A DNA stretch of 64,000 bases from Gammaproteobacteria bacterium (GCA_965200225.1 CBDATM010000001.1:975878-1039877), one strand, 5' to 3'. Positions 20,182 to 28,356 are shown, counted from the stretch's first letter. Notes: generated by a model from the sequence alone, not told the origin. Numbers and translations: made by a program.

Positions 20182-21642
20182 TTGCTGGACGAGCCTGGGC
20201 GCTTTGCCGATTTTTCGCTGGCCTGCGGCGGGGATGCCATGCCGCGGCTGTTTCTGGATTTCAGCCGCCAGCGGGTTCGCGGCGAAACGGTCCGGCTGCT
20301 GGCGGATTTCGCCGATGCGCGCGGGGTCCAGTCCTGGCGCGCGGCGTTGTTCGACGGGGAAATCGTCAATTTGAGCGAGGCGCGGCCGGCGCTGCACACG
20401 GATGCGCGCACGCTTCAGCCTAGCGATCCGATTCTTTCCCGCGAGGTTAAGCGGGTGAGCGAATTTTCCGAGCGCTTTCGCAGCGGACAATTGCCGGGAG
20501 CGCAAGGCAGGCCGCTTGCCCGGGTGGTGAACATCGGCATTGGCGGTTCGGACCTCGGCGTCCGGCTGTTGTGCTCCGCATTGGCCGGGGCCGAAGGGCC
20601 GAGAGTGGATTTCATTGCAGAAATGGACGGCGTGGAACTGGAACGAGCGCTGGCAGGCGCGGTGCCGGAGGAGACCCTGTTCGTGGTGTGCTCCAAGAGC
20701 TTCACCACCGCCGAGACCCTGGCGAACGCCTATTCCGCCCGCCACTGGCTGGTGTCGCGGCTGGGCCAGGATGCGCCAGCGCGGCATTTCGCGGCCGTGT
20801 CATCGAATGCCGAGGCCATGAGCGCCTGGGGCATCGCGCCCGAAATGCAGTTCGAGATTCCCGCTGGCATTGGCGGTCGCTATTCGATATGGTCGGTCGC
20901 CGGGCTCAGCGCCTGGCTTGCCCTGGGCGGCGAGAAAATGCGCGACTTTCTCGCCGGCGGGGCCGCGCTGGACCAGCATTTCCTCGAAGCGCCGGCCGAG
21001 CGCAACCTGCCGATGCTGATGGCCTTGTTTGCCTTATGGAACCAGTCGCTGCTGGGCTGTTCGGCCCAACTGCTGCTGCCGTACGACACGCGGCTGTGCC
21101 TGTTGCCGGCGTATCTTCAGCAACTGGAACTGGAGAGTCTGGGAAAGAGCGCCGACGCGCAGGGGCGCCCGCTGTCCGTAGAAGGAGTGGCGGCGCTATT
21201 GGGAGCCACCGGCTCCAGCGCCCAGCATTCGATCATGCAGTGGGCGCAGCAGGCCGCGCGCCCGGTCACCGCCGAGTTCATCGCCGTGCGCGATGCCGCC
21301 GGTGCCTATCCGAACATGCACGCCGAGTCCCTGCGCCAGATGATGGCGCAGGCCGAAGCCCTGTCGCGCGGCCTGGCGGCCAGCGCGCTTGCCCCGGACC
21401 CGCTGGCCGCCCACAAGGCGCTTTCCGGCGGACGTTCATCGAATGTGCTGCTGCTGGAAACGCTGGACGCCCGGAACCTGGGCACCCTGATTGCGCTCTA
21501 CGAGCACAAGGTATTCGTGCAGGCAGTGCTGCTGGGCGTCAACCCCTTCGACCAATGGGGCGTGGAGCACGCCAAGCGCCTGGCCGCCGACGAAGCCTCG
21601 CAGCCGCCCCTGTCCCGCCTGTTTCGCAAAGCGCCCGGATAG
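20182..21642 (+). CDS. pgi: glucose-6-phosphate isomerase
   Basis: IGIGGSDLG, VVCSKSFTTAET and GGRYSIWS motifs. Conserved N-terminal sequence (TLPAWRLLETHARQA..) continues in frame upstream of the listed TTG to about 20080. The true start is therefore probably a non-ATG/GTG/TTG codon upstream. Confidence 0.9.
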   Translation: MLDEPGRFADFSLACGGDAMPRLFLDFSRQRVRGETVRLLADFADARGVQSWRAALFDGEIVNLSEARPALHTDARTLQPSDPILSREVKRVSEFSERFRSGQLPGAQGRPLARVVNIGIGGSDLGVRLLCSALAGAEGPRVDFIAEMDGVELERALAGAVPEETLFVVCSKSFTTAETLANAYSARHWLVSRLGQDAPARHFAAVSSNAEAMSAWGIAPEMQFEIPAGIGGRYSIWSVAGLSAWLALGGEKMRDFLAGGAALDQHFLEAPAERNLPMLMALFALWNQSLLGCSAQLLLPYDTRLCLLPAYLQQLELESLGKSADAQGRPLSVEGVAALLGATGSSAQHSIMQWAQQAARPVTAEFIAVRDAAGAYPNMHAESLRQMMAQAEALSRGLAASALAPDPLAAHKALSGGRSSNVLLLETLDARNLGTLIALYEHKVFVQAVLLGVNPFDQWGVEHAKRLAADEASQPPLSRLFRKAPG

Positions 21643-21674
21643 ATTACGCCGGATATAGCCCGGCTCCCAGGTTT

Positions 21675-21789
21675 GTGTGCGTTCGCCTTCCCGCTCTGTG
21701 GGGACCTTGCGAGGGCAGGGATGCCCGAGCCGAGCCCACAGGGATGTGCTCGTAGCGTGTCCCCACAGAGCGGGAAGGCGAACGCACAC
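21675..21789 (+). repeat. palindromic intergenic element, copy B (core 21697-21767)
   Basis: Arms GTGTGCGTTCGCCTTCCCGCTC and GAGCGGGAAGGCGAACGCACAC flank the conserved core TGTGGGGACCTTGCGAGGGCAGGGATGCCCGAGCCGAGCCCACAGGGATGTGCTCGTAGCGTGTCCCCACA. Confidence 0.85.
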
Positions 21790-21903
21790 CGGCGAACGCA
21801 CAGCCGTGCCTGCGGTGGAGCGAGCATGGGCGCGTACCAGGCCGCTTGCAGCGGGCACCGCTGAAACCTTTGCGTAACGGGGCGCGCCTAAAATACAAGT
21901 CCG

Positions 21904-23112
21904 ATGAAAATCACCGTTCACGGCTGCGGCGATGTGGGGTTGGTAACCGGGGCCTGTTTTGCGGAATCCGGCGTCAGCGTCGTTTGTCTTGACATGGACG
22001 CGGGCGCCGTTGAGCGACTCTCACGAGGCGAGTTGCCTGTCCACGAACCGGGGCTTGAAGACCTGGTTCGCCGGAACCTGTCCGCCGGCCGCTTGCAGTT
22101 CACCTCCAACATGGGCCATGCCGTGGAGCACGGCGATGCTCAGTTCATCGCCGTGAGCACGCCTCCCGGGGGCAATGGCGCCGCCGACTTGAAGCAGGTG
22201 TTTGCCGCGGCGGACTCGATTGCCAGCCACATGCCGGGCTACCGGCTGGTCGTTTGCAAATCCACCGTTCCCGTGGGCACTTGCGCCGCGGTGGAAGAGC
22301 GCATTTCCGCCCGCTTGGCCGAAAGGGGCGTGGGATTTGGCTTTGACGTGGTGGCCAACCCTGAATTCCTCCAAGGTGGCGCGGCGGTGTCCGACTTCAT
22401 GCATCCCGAGCGCATCATCCTGGGGACGGATTCCGAACGCGCGGTGGAATACTTGAGCAATCTCTACGCGCCGTTTCACCGCAAGCGCGACCGCCTGATG
22501 CTGATGGACCGAACTTCCGCGGAACTGACCAAGTACGCGGCCAACGCCATGCTTGCCACGCTCATCAGTTTCATCAACGAGATTGCCGGTTTGGCGGAAC
22601 GCGCGGGCGCGGACATCGAGCAGGTGCGCAAGGGAATGGGCGCGGACAAGCGCATCGGCTACAACGACCTGTATTCGCCCGAGGCCATGCGCAAGCGCGG
22701 CTTCCGTTACTTTGCAGTGGACCGGGGCGAAAGGATTGCTCCGGACAACGGGGTGGGCGTGCATCCCGTGGGCGAAGAAGTCGTGCGGCCCTGGGGCAGT
22801 TTCGAGGGCCTGGGGCTGGGCGCGGGCTACCAGGTAAAGCGTCTCAAGGTGTTGCCGGGCGAGACTCTTTCGTTGCAGCGTCATCGCCATCGCGACGAGC
22901 ACTGGGTGGTGGTAGGCGGCGCCCCGGTGGCGGTGCGGGACGGAGAAGACCATCCTCTGAAGGTCGGCGATCACATCCTTATCCCGGTGGGCGCCGTCCA
23001 CCGAATTCACAACCCGGGGGAGCAGGCCGCGGAAGTTGTGGAAGTGCAGTTGGGCGACTATCTGGGCGAGGATGACATCGAGCGCTTTGAGGATGTCTAC
23101 GGACGTTCCTGA
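21904..23112 (+). CDS. mosaic ORF: UDP-glucose/GDP-mannose dehydrogenase N-terminal and central parts joined in frame to a ManC/XanB-type (type II PMI) cupin domain
   Basis: aa 1-253 are Ugd-like (MKITVHGCGDVGLVTGACFA, VCKSTVPVGT, NPEFLQGGAAVSDF, TKYAANAMLA, GADKRIGY). aa 254-275 (DLYSPEAMRKRGFRYFAVDRG) look like the extreme Ugd C-terminus. aa ~293-402 (RPWGSFEGL..YQVKRLKVLPGETLSLQRHRHRDEHWVVV..EVQLGDYLGEDDIERFEDVYGR) are the cupin end of mannose-1-P guanylyltransferase/PMI. Confidence 0.75.
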   Translation: MKITVHGCGDVGLVTGACFAESGVSVVCLDMDAGAVERLSRGELPVHEPGLEDLVRRNLSAGRLQFTSNMGHAVEHGDAQFIAVSTPPGGNGAADLKQVFAAADSIASHMPGYRLVVCKSTVPVGTCAAVEERISARLAERGVGFGFDVVANPEFLQGGAAVSDFMHPERIILGTDSERAVEYLSNLYAPFHRKRDRLMLMDRTSAELTKYAANAMLATLISFINEIAGLAERAGADIEQVRKGMGADKRIGYNDLYSPEAMRKRGFRYFAVDRGERIAPDNGVGVHPVGEEVVRPWGSFEGLGLGAGYQVKRLKVLPGETLSLQRHRHRDEHWVVVGGAPVAVRDGEDHPLKVGDHILIPVGAVHRIHNPGEQAAEVVEVQLGDYLGEDDIERFEDVYGRS

Positions 23113-23131
23113 ATGACGCTCAAGTCTCCAA

Positions 23132-24481
23132 ATGACGCTTAGGGCACCGTTCAAGGCGTACGATGTTCGCGGGCGGGTGCCCGGCGAGTTCGATGCCAAC
23201 CTTGCGTGTCGGATTGGGGCCGCTGTGGTCGAATTTACGGGCGCCAGGGAAGTTGTGCTGGGACGCGATGCGCGGATTTCCAGTCCGGAGATTGCCGATG
23301 CGGTAGCGGAAGGCGTTACCCGCGCGGGCGCCGATGTGGCCGATCTGGGGCTGTGCGGCACCGAGCAGGTTTATTTTGCGACGGGCCACTTGGGCTGTGG
23401 CGCGGGCGTCATGGTTACCGCCAGCCATAACCCCGCCGACTACAACGGGCTGAAGATCGTGCGCGAGCAGGCCCGGCCGATCAGCGCCGACACTGGCCTT
23501 GCCGATATTGCCCGCCTGACGGAATCCGAGCCCCCGCGGCGCGCGCGCGGCCGGCGGAGGACGGTCAGGGTACATGATGCCTGGCGGCGCAAGGTCATGA
23601 GCTTTATCGACGCTTCGAGTCTCAAGCCCCTGAAGATCGTTATCAATTCCGGGAACGGGGCGGCGGGTCCCAGCGTGGAGGTGCTGGCGGAAAGCCTGCC
23701 GTTCGAGATCGTGCATTTACAGGCCGAACCGGACGGACGCTTTCCCCAAGGCGTGCCCAACCCGCTGCTGGAGAGCACCCGTCTGGCCACCGCAGAAGCC
23801 GTCAGGCAGCACGGAGCGGACTTCGGCGTAGCCTTCGACGGCGACTTTGATCGCTGCTGCTTCTTCGATGAGCGAGGCCAGTTCGTCGATCCCTATTACA
23901 CCGTGGGCATGTTTGCCGCCATTCTGGTTTCCTCCCGGCCGGGTGACGACCGGCGCGTGGTCCACGATCCCACGCTGGTCTGGGACACGCAGGAGCGGAT
24001 GCGGCTCGCGGGCGGCCAAGCGATCCGGAATCGGGCAGGACACTCCTTCATCAAGCAGCGGATGCGCGAAGAGGACGCGGTGTATGGAGGCGAGAGCAGC
24101 GCGCACCACTATTTCCGCGAGTTCTTCTACTGCGATTCGGGCATGATCCCCTGGATACTGCTGGCCGGCATCCTGTCCGGGCAGGGCGGAAGCCTCGCCG
24201 AGCACACGGCCGAACGCCGCGCCCGCTATCCCACCAGCGGAGAAATCAATCTGCCCGTGGCCGTCGGCACCACCGAACTACTGAATCGCCTGGCGGAGAA
24301 ATACGCCGCGCAGGGCGCCGCCGCGGATCACATCGACGGCCTGTCCGTGGAATTCCCCCACTGGCGGTTCAACCTGCGCCCCTCCAACACCGAACCCCTG
24401 CTGCGCCTGAACCTGGAAACCCGCGCCGACTCTCAACTCCTGGCCGAAAAAACCGCCGAACTCAAGACCGCTGTTTCGTAG
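23132..24481 (+). CDS. phosphomannomutase/phosphoglucomutase
   Basis: TASHNPADYNGLK (phosphoserine loop), FDGDFDR (Mg loop) and GGESSAHHYF. It belongs to the ManB/AlgC/XanA family. Confidence 0.92.
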   Translation: MTLRAPFKAYDVRGRVPGEFDANLACRIGAAVVEFTGAREVVLGRDARISSPEIADAVAEGVTRAGADVADLGLCGTEQVYFATGHLGCGAGVMVTASHNPADYNGLKIVREQARPISADTGLADIARLTESEPPRRARGRRRTVRVHDAWRRKVMSFIDASSLKPLKIVINSGNGAAGPSVEVLAESLPFEIVHLQAEPDGRFPQGVPNPLLESTRLATAEAVRQHGADFGVAFDGDFDRCCFFDERGQFVDPYYTVGMFAAILVSSRPGDDRRVVHDPTLVWDTQERMRLAGGQAIRNRAGHSFIKQRMREEDAVYGGESSAHHYFREFFYCDSGMIPWILLAGILSGQGGSLAEHTAERRARYPTSGEINLPVAVGTTELLNRLAEKYAAQGAAADHIDGLSVEFPHWRFNLRPSNTEPLLRLNLETRADSQLLAEKTAELKTAVS

Positions 24482-24595
24482 CCTCTCCGCCAATCTCGCG
24501 GACGCGCGCATTTCTCCGCAACTGCGCGCCATTTCTCCATTGATGAAAACAGAACGCATGCTTTACCTTGCATTCCGCTTGCCGGAGGATTTCGT

Positions 24596-24635
24596 ATGCC
24601 GAATCATGCCGAATCATGCCGAATCATGCCGAATC
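24596..24635. repeat. 10-bp tandem repeat ATGCCGAATC x4 (plus a degenerate 5th unit)
   Basis: Four perfect contiguous copies at 24596-24635 are followed by ATGTCTTGAATC. A 16-bp palindrome CGTACA-TATT-TGTACG then lies at 24647-24662. Confidence 0.9.
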
Positions 24636-24668
24636 ATGTCTTGAATCGTACATATTTGTACGGGTACG

Positions 24669-24815
24669 ATGACAAGTAACGAGTTCGTGCGCCGTGTTCG
24701 GAAGGTCGGGCGCGCGCGCGGAGTCCCCGTACGGCTAGAGACCGTAATGGGGAAGGGAAGCCATGGGCGTGTTTATTTCGGGCAGCGTCTTTGCGTGGCG
24801 ACGGAGGCAGCGTAG
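24669..24815 (+). pseudogene. HicA-family toxin remnant (48 codons, truncated)
   Basis: MTSNEFVRRVRKVGRARGVPVRLETVMGKGSHGRVYFGQR.. parallels the intact HicA at 44763-44978 ([47 protein letters not shown]..). It loses similarity and stops after GQR. The ORF is below the ORF-track size cut-off. Confidence 0.6.
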
Positions 24816-24899
24816 CCCTCTCAGGAGAAAATCAAGGGCGAGAACCTGTCTCCCATGATGCGGGTAGCGACACTCCGATGTCGTTACTGCGGGAGCCTG

Positions 24900-26114
24900 T
24901 CAATGTGACTTCCGAAACAGGACGATGCGATTGCTGTTGGTGCCTCGGGAGTTGTTCGAGATTCCCCAGCAATTGGACGTTTTGGTGAATTCCTGCTGAT
25001 TGACCATTACGCCCAGCACGTCAAGCTCCAGGCCTCGGGCAGCCTTGATCACCTGTTCCTCCAGCCGGATTGCGCCCTTTCGGACCTCGCCGACCTCAAA
25101 AGCGATGTGTCCTCCCGAACAGGTTACTCGCGCCAGCTCCTTTAGCGTGGCCGAGACGAAACGCCGCCAGTCATCAACATCGCGGCGCTGCGTGATTCGG
25201 ACCGATTTCGGATCAACGCCCAGAAACCAGCATCGCAGCCAGTTGTCGGTTTCGTAGTCCACGATGTCCAGAAACGGCGGCGACGTGACGGTCAGGGCAA
25301 CGGTTTCATACGGGATCTCGGGAGTATGCTCGGAACGCCCGGTTAGAAACAGCCACTTGCGGGCCCGCGGCGGGCGCTGCGACAACAGCGCGCGCGATTT
25401 CTTCGCGATGATGGCTGGAACGTCTCGGAACGGCGGAACCTGCCGCCTGCGCTCATTGATCAGTTTCTGGCGCTGGGCCGTTACCGCCTGATTGGGGGGC
25501 AGCGTGTAGACGGAGAAGAATCCGGGCGAGTGTCCGGTCAGGCGATTGATCGCGACCATTCTGATCCAGGCGTCCACCGAATCCAAAGCGCGGACGGATT
25601 CGCGTTCCAGCAGCCAGCGGCGCAGGCCTTCGATGCGCGCATGCGTTTCCGGGTGATAAAACACGCGCAACCCCTGGTGCTCAATGTCTCGGAAGTCCTT
25701 CCAGGGAATGCGCTTCAATCGGCGTTCGATGGCATCCATGCCGGGCGGATTGATGCGCGGCTGAACCAGCGCCCGGCTCAGCGGGTTGGCATCGTTGCCG
25801 TAGGGAATGCGCCCGCGCAACGCCGCCTCTATGGGGGTGGTTCCGCGCCCCATGAACGGGTCGTACACCACGTCGCCTTCCCGGGTCAGGCGTTCAATGA
25901 AGAACGCCGGAAGCTGCGGCTTGAAACAGGCGCGGTAACTCAACTCGTGAATCCGGTTCGCCTGCCTCTGCCGCGAGGTCCAGAACTCGTTAACGAAATA
26001 CCGGGTCCCGGCGTGTTCCTGCACCAGGGTGGGCTGCCCGAACTCCACGAAGGACTTGATCCCGCCGATAAAGTCCACGCCGGACCCGGTTTGGTGGAGC
26101 TCCAACTGCTGCAT
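24900..26114 (-). CDS. DNA amino-methyltransferase (N4-C or N6-A), motif order I then IV
   Basis: 404 aa. The AdoMet motif VVYDPFMGRGTT (aa ~82-93) precedes the catalytic tetrapeptide TSPPF (aa ~277-281). No recognisable restriction endonuclease gene lies adjacent. Confidence 0.85.
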   Translation of the reverse strand: MQQLELHQTGSGVDFIGGIKSFVEFGQPTLVQEHAGTRYFVNEFWTSRQRQANRIHELSYRACFKPQLPAFFIERLTREGDVVYDPFMGRGTTPIEAALRGRIPYGNDANPLSRALVQPRINPPGMDAIERRLKRIPWKDFRDIEHQGLRVFYHPETHARIEGLRRWLLERESVRALDSVDAWIRMVAINRLTGHSPGFFSVYTLPPNQAVTAQRQKLINERRRQVPPFRDVPAIIAKKSRALLSQRPPRARKWLFLTGRSEHTPEIPYETVALTVTSPPFLDIVDYETDNWLRCWFLGVDPKSVRITQRRDVDDWRRFVSATLKELARVTCSGGHIAFEVGEVRKGAIRLEEQVIKAARGLELDVLGVMVNQQEFTKTSNCWGISNNSRGTNSNRIVLFRKSH

Positions 26115-26305
26115 CGTCTAGGTAATGGCCGTGCGGCGCAGATCGTGCCGGTCGCCGTCTATCTTCTGGGTGACTTGGCGGAGTGCCACAGGTCGCGCAG
26201 CCGCGCACCTCGGAGCCTCGTCACCCGGAGGCAGCGCACAAAGCGGCAGAGCCAACGCAAATGCGACTGTTCCTGCTGCCGTCAATTCTGAAACAGGGAA
26301 ATATC

Positions 26306-26665
26306 CTAGCGAACTTCCTTTTCGGTGAGAAGTCCGGTCAGAAGGGATTCAAATTCAGCCTTCCGCTCACGTCCCCTGGTATCTACCCCTACTTCAACCT
26401 CCAGAACGCCCGCTTCTGTGGGGATTACAGCTACTGTTGCAAATTGTCCATCGGGATGCCGCAAAGTAGCGACATAACCCCGATATCCTCCAATATGCAA
26501 ATTTCCCGGTTGATTCCCGATAGTGACAAGCTGCCCTCCCATTTCCTCAATATACATGTCGCAACCATAGAAATTTGCAAGGATTTTTTCATTGGAAACT
26601 CCATCAAGGCAGGTTGCAGCCTGTCTGGGGGCCGGATTCACGAATATTGCATATGGCGAAACCAA
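26306..26665 (-). CDS. hypothetical protein in a low-GC segment (119 aa, TTG start)
   Basis: The ORF has a protein-like, beta-rich composition (..GGQLVTIGNQPGNLHIGGYRGYVATLRHPDGQFATVAVIPTEAGVLEVEVGVD..). Its codon third positions are AT-rich, unlike the host genes. I recognise no family. Confidence 0.4.
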   Translation of the reverse strand: MVSPYAIFVNPAPRQAATCLDGVSNEKILANFYGCDMYIEEMGGQLVTIGNQPGNLHIGGYRGYVATLRHPDGQFATVAVIPTEAGVLEVEVGVDTRGRERKAEFESLLTGLLTEKEVR

Positions 26666-26758
26666 AAAAATAATAACACCTTGTAGAGCAATCCTAACCT
26701 ATCTTCGGCAGCAGGATTTTTACTTGATTCGCACGCTGTTGAATTTACGGCGGTGGCC

Positions 26759-26833
26759 TGGTGGGCGATGCTGGGATTGAACCAGCGACCCCTGCCGTGT
26801 GAAGGCAGTGCTCTCCCGCTGAGCTAATCGCCC
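26759..26833 (-). tRNA. tRNA-Val (anticodon CAC)
   Basis: The reverse complement reads GGGCGATTAGCTCAGCGGGAGAGCACTGCCTTCACACGGCAGGGGTCGCTGGTTCAATCCCAGCATCGCCCACCA. CCA is encoded. Confidence 0.9.
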
Positions 26834-26937
26834 GTTGGCGGGTATTATTGACCGCCGCGCGGGCGGGCCGCAAGTGCTGCAAGCAGCGCCTGCAAGCGGC
26901 GCCACCGGCCCTTGGCCCCGCCCCCGCATTTGATGCC

Positions 26938-28356
26938 ATGACTGCTGTCCGCACCCGCTTTGCTCCCAGTCCTACCGGCGTGCTGCACCTGGGCGGGCTG
27001 CGCACGGCCCTCTACAACTGGCTGTATGCGCGGCGGCACGGCGGCGAGTTCTTTCTGCGGATCGAGGATACCGACCGCCAGCGCTCTTCCGAGGCGCATG
27101 CGAGGGGGCTGGTCGAGGCGCTGCGGAGCTTTGGCCTGGATCTGGACGGCGAGCCAGTGCTTCAGTCGTCGCGGGTGGAGCGCCACCAAGAGGTTGCGCG
27201 GGAGTTGCTTAAGCGCGGTTCCGCCTACCGCTGCTATTGCTCGCCGGACGAGCTGGCGGCCATGCGCGAGGAGCAGCGCGCGCGCGGCGAGGATCCGCGT
27301 TACGACGGGCGCTGCCGGGAACGCAGCGCGCCGAGGGCCGGCGTGGACCCGGTGATCCGCTTTCGCCGCCCCGACGCCGAAGATGTGGTGGTGCAGGACT
27401 GGCTGCACGGCGAAGTGCGTTTCAGCAATTCGCAGCTTGACGATCTGGTGCTGTTGCGCGCCGACGGCTCGCCTACCTACCACTTGAGTTGCGTCGCCGA
27501 CGACCAGGACATGGGCGTGCGGCAGGTCATTCGGGGCGACGATCATCTCAACAATACGCCGAGGCAGCTTCAGTTGATTCAGGCGCTGGGCTGGGAGCCG
27601 CCCCGGTACTGCCATCTTCCGCTGCTGCTGGCGCCGGACGGAAAGAAGCTCTCCAAGCGCGATGAAGCCACCGACGCGCTGAGCTATCTGCGCTCCGGTT
27701 ACCTGCCCGGAGCCGTGCTCAACTACCTGGCCCGGCTCGGCTGGTCGCACGGCGATAGGGAAATATTCTCGATGCCCGAACTCGCCGCGTGCTTTGGCCG
27801 CGAGGGGCTGGGCGCGTCCGCGTCTCGGCTGGACCCGGACAAGCTCAACTGGATCAACCAGCAGCACATGAAGGCGGCTTCGGCGGATCGTCTCGCTGAA
27901 GGACTGGCGCGGCAGTTCGAGCGGCTGGGACTTGATCCCGAAGCCGGGCCGCCTCTGACCAGCGTGGCGGAGGCCTGGCGGGAACGCGCCGAAACGCTCG
28001 CCGACATGGCGGAAGCCGCGGCCTGGGCCTACTCGCCCCGAATCGAGATGAACGAACGCGCGGCGCGCAAGTTCCTGCGCCCGGTGGTCCGCGAACCGCT
28101 TGCCGCCGTTCGCGAATCGCTGGCAGGACTTGCAAGCTGGACGGCCGAAGATATACACGCCTGCATCGCGAAGGTAGTCGATTCCCACGGAATCTCGTTC
28201 GGCAAGCTGGGTCAGCCGCTGCGCGTTGCGGTGACCGGCGGACCGGTGTCGCCGCCCATCGACGCCACGCTGTTTCTGGCCGGACGCCCGGCCACGCTGG
28301 ACCGGCTGGACCAGGCGCTGGCGTATATCGACCGGCGAATCGCCGCCGCAGGGTAG
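26938..28356 (+). CDS. gltX: glutamate--tRNA ligase
   Basis: MTAVRTRFAPSPTGVLHLGGLRTALYN gives the HIGH-type motif, and KLSKR the KMSKS-type motif. I trimmed the start to the internal ATG at 26938. Confidence 0.95.
   Translation: MTAVRTRFAPSPTGVLHLGGLRTALYNWLYARRHGGEFFLRIEDTDRQRSSEAHARGLVEALRSFGLDLDGEPVLQSSRVERHQEVARELLKRGSAYRCYCSPDELAAMREEQRARGEDPRYDGRCRERSAPRAGVDPVIRFRRPDAEDVVVQDWLHGEVRFSNSQLDDLVLLRADGSPTYHLSCVADDQDMGVRQVIRGDDHLNNTPRQLQLIQALGWEPPRYCHLPLLLAPDGKKLSKRDEATDALSYLRSGYLPGAVLNYLARLGWSHGDREIFSMPELAACFGREGLGASASRLDPDKLNWINQQHMKAASADRLAEGLARQFERLGLDPEAGPPLTSVAEAWRERAETLADMAEAAAWAYSPRIEMNERAARKFLRPVVREPLAAVRESLAGLASWTAEDIHACIAKVVDSHGISFGKLGQPLRVAVTGGPVSPPIDATLFLAGRPATLDRLDQALAYIDRRIAAAG

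Larger units (their letters stand above)
24482..26758. mobile_element. accessory patch abutting the 3' end of tRNA-Val(CAC)
   Basis: Non-core content fills the gap between the PMM gene and the tRNA: a tandem repeat, a hicA relic, an orphan methyltransferase and a low-GC ORF. Positions 26280-26720 are visibly AT-richer than the rest of the window. I found no flanking direct repeat. Confidence 0.45.

Noticed and set aside
24482-24660. A direct repeat of the tRNA-Val(CAC) 3' end that would delimit the accessory patch, as seen for the tRNA-Asp islet.
   Set aside because: I found no convincing match to TGGTGGGCGATGCTGGGATTGAACC in the region after the phosphomannomutase gene. The left border of this patch remains undefined.
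24791-24988. Whether the missing C-terminal half of the hicA relic continues in another frame (a simple frameshift).
   Set aside because: Neither alternative frame downstream of 24790 resembles the HicA C-terminus (..[23 protein letters not shown]). The sequence also soon runs into the convergent methyltransferase 3' end, so this is a truncation rather than a frameshift.
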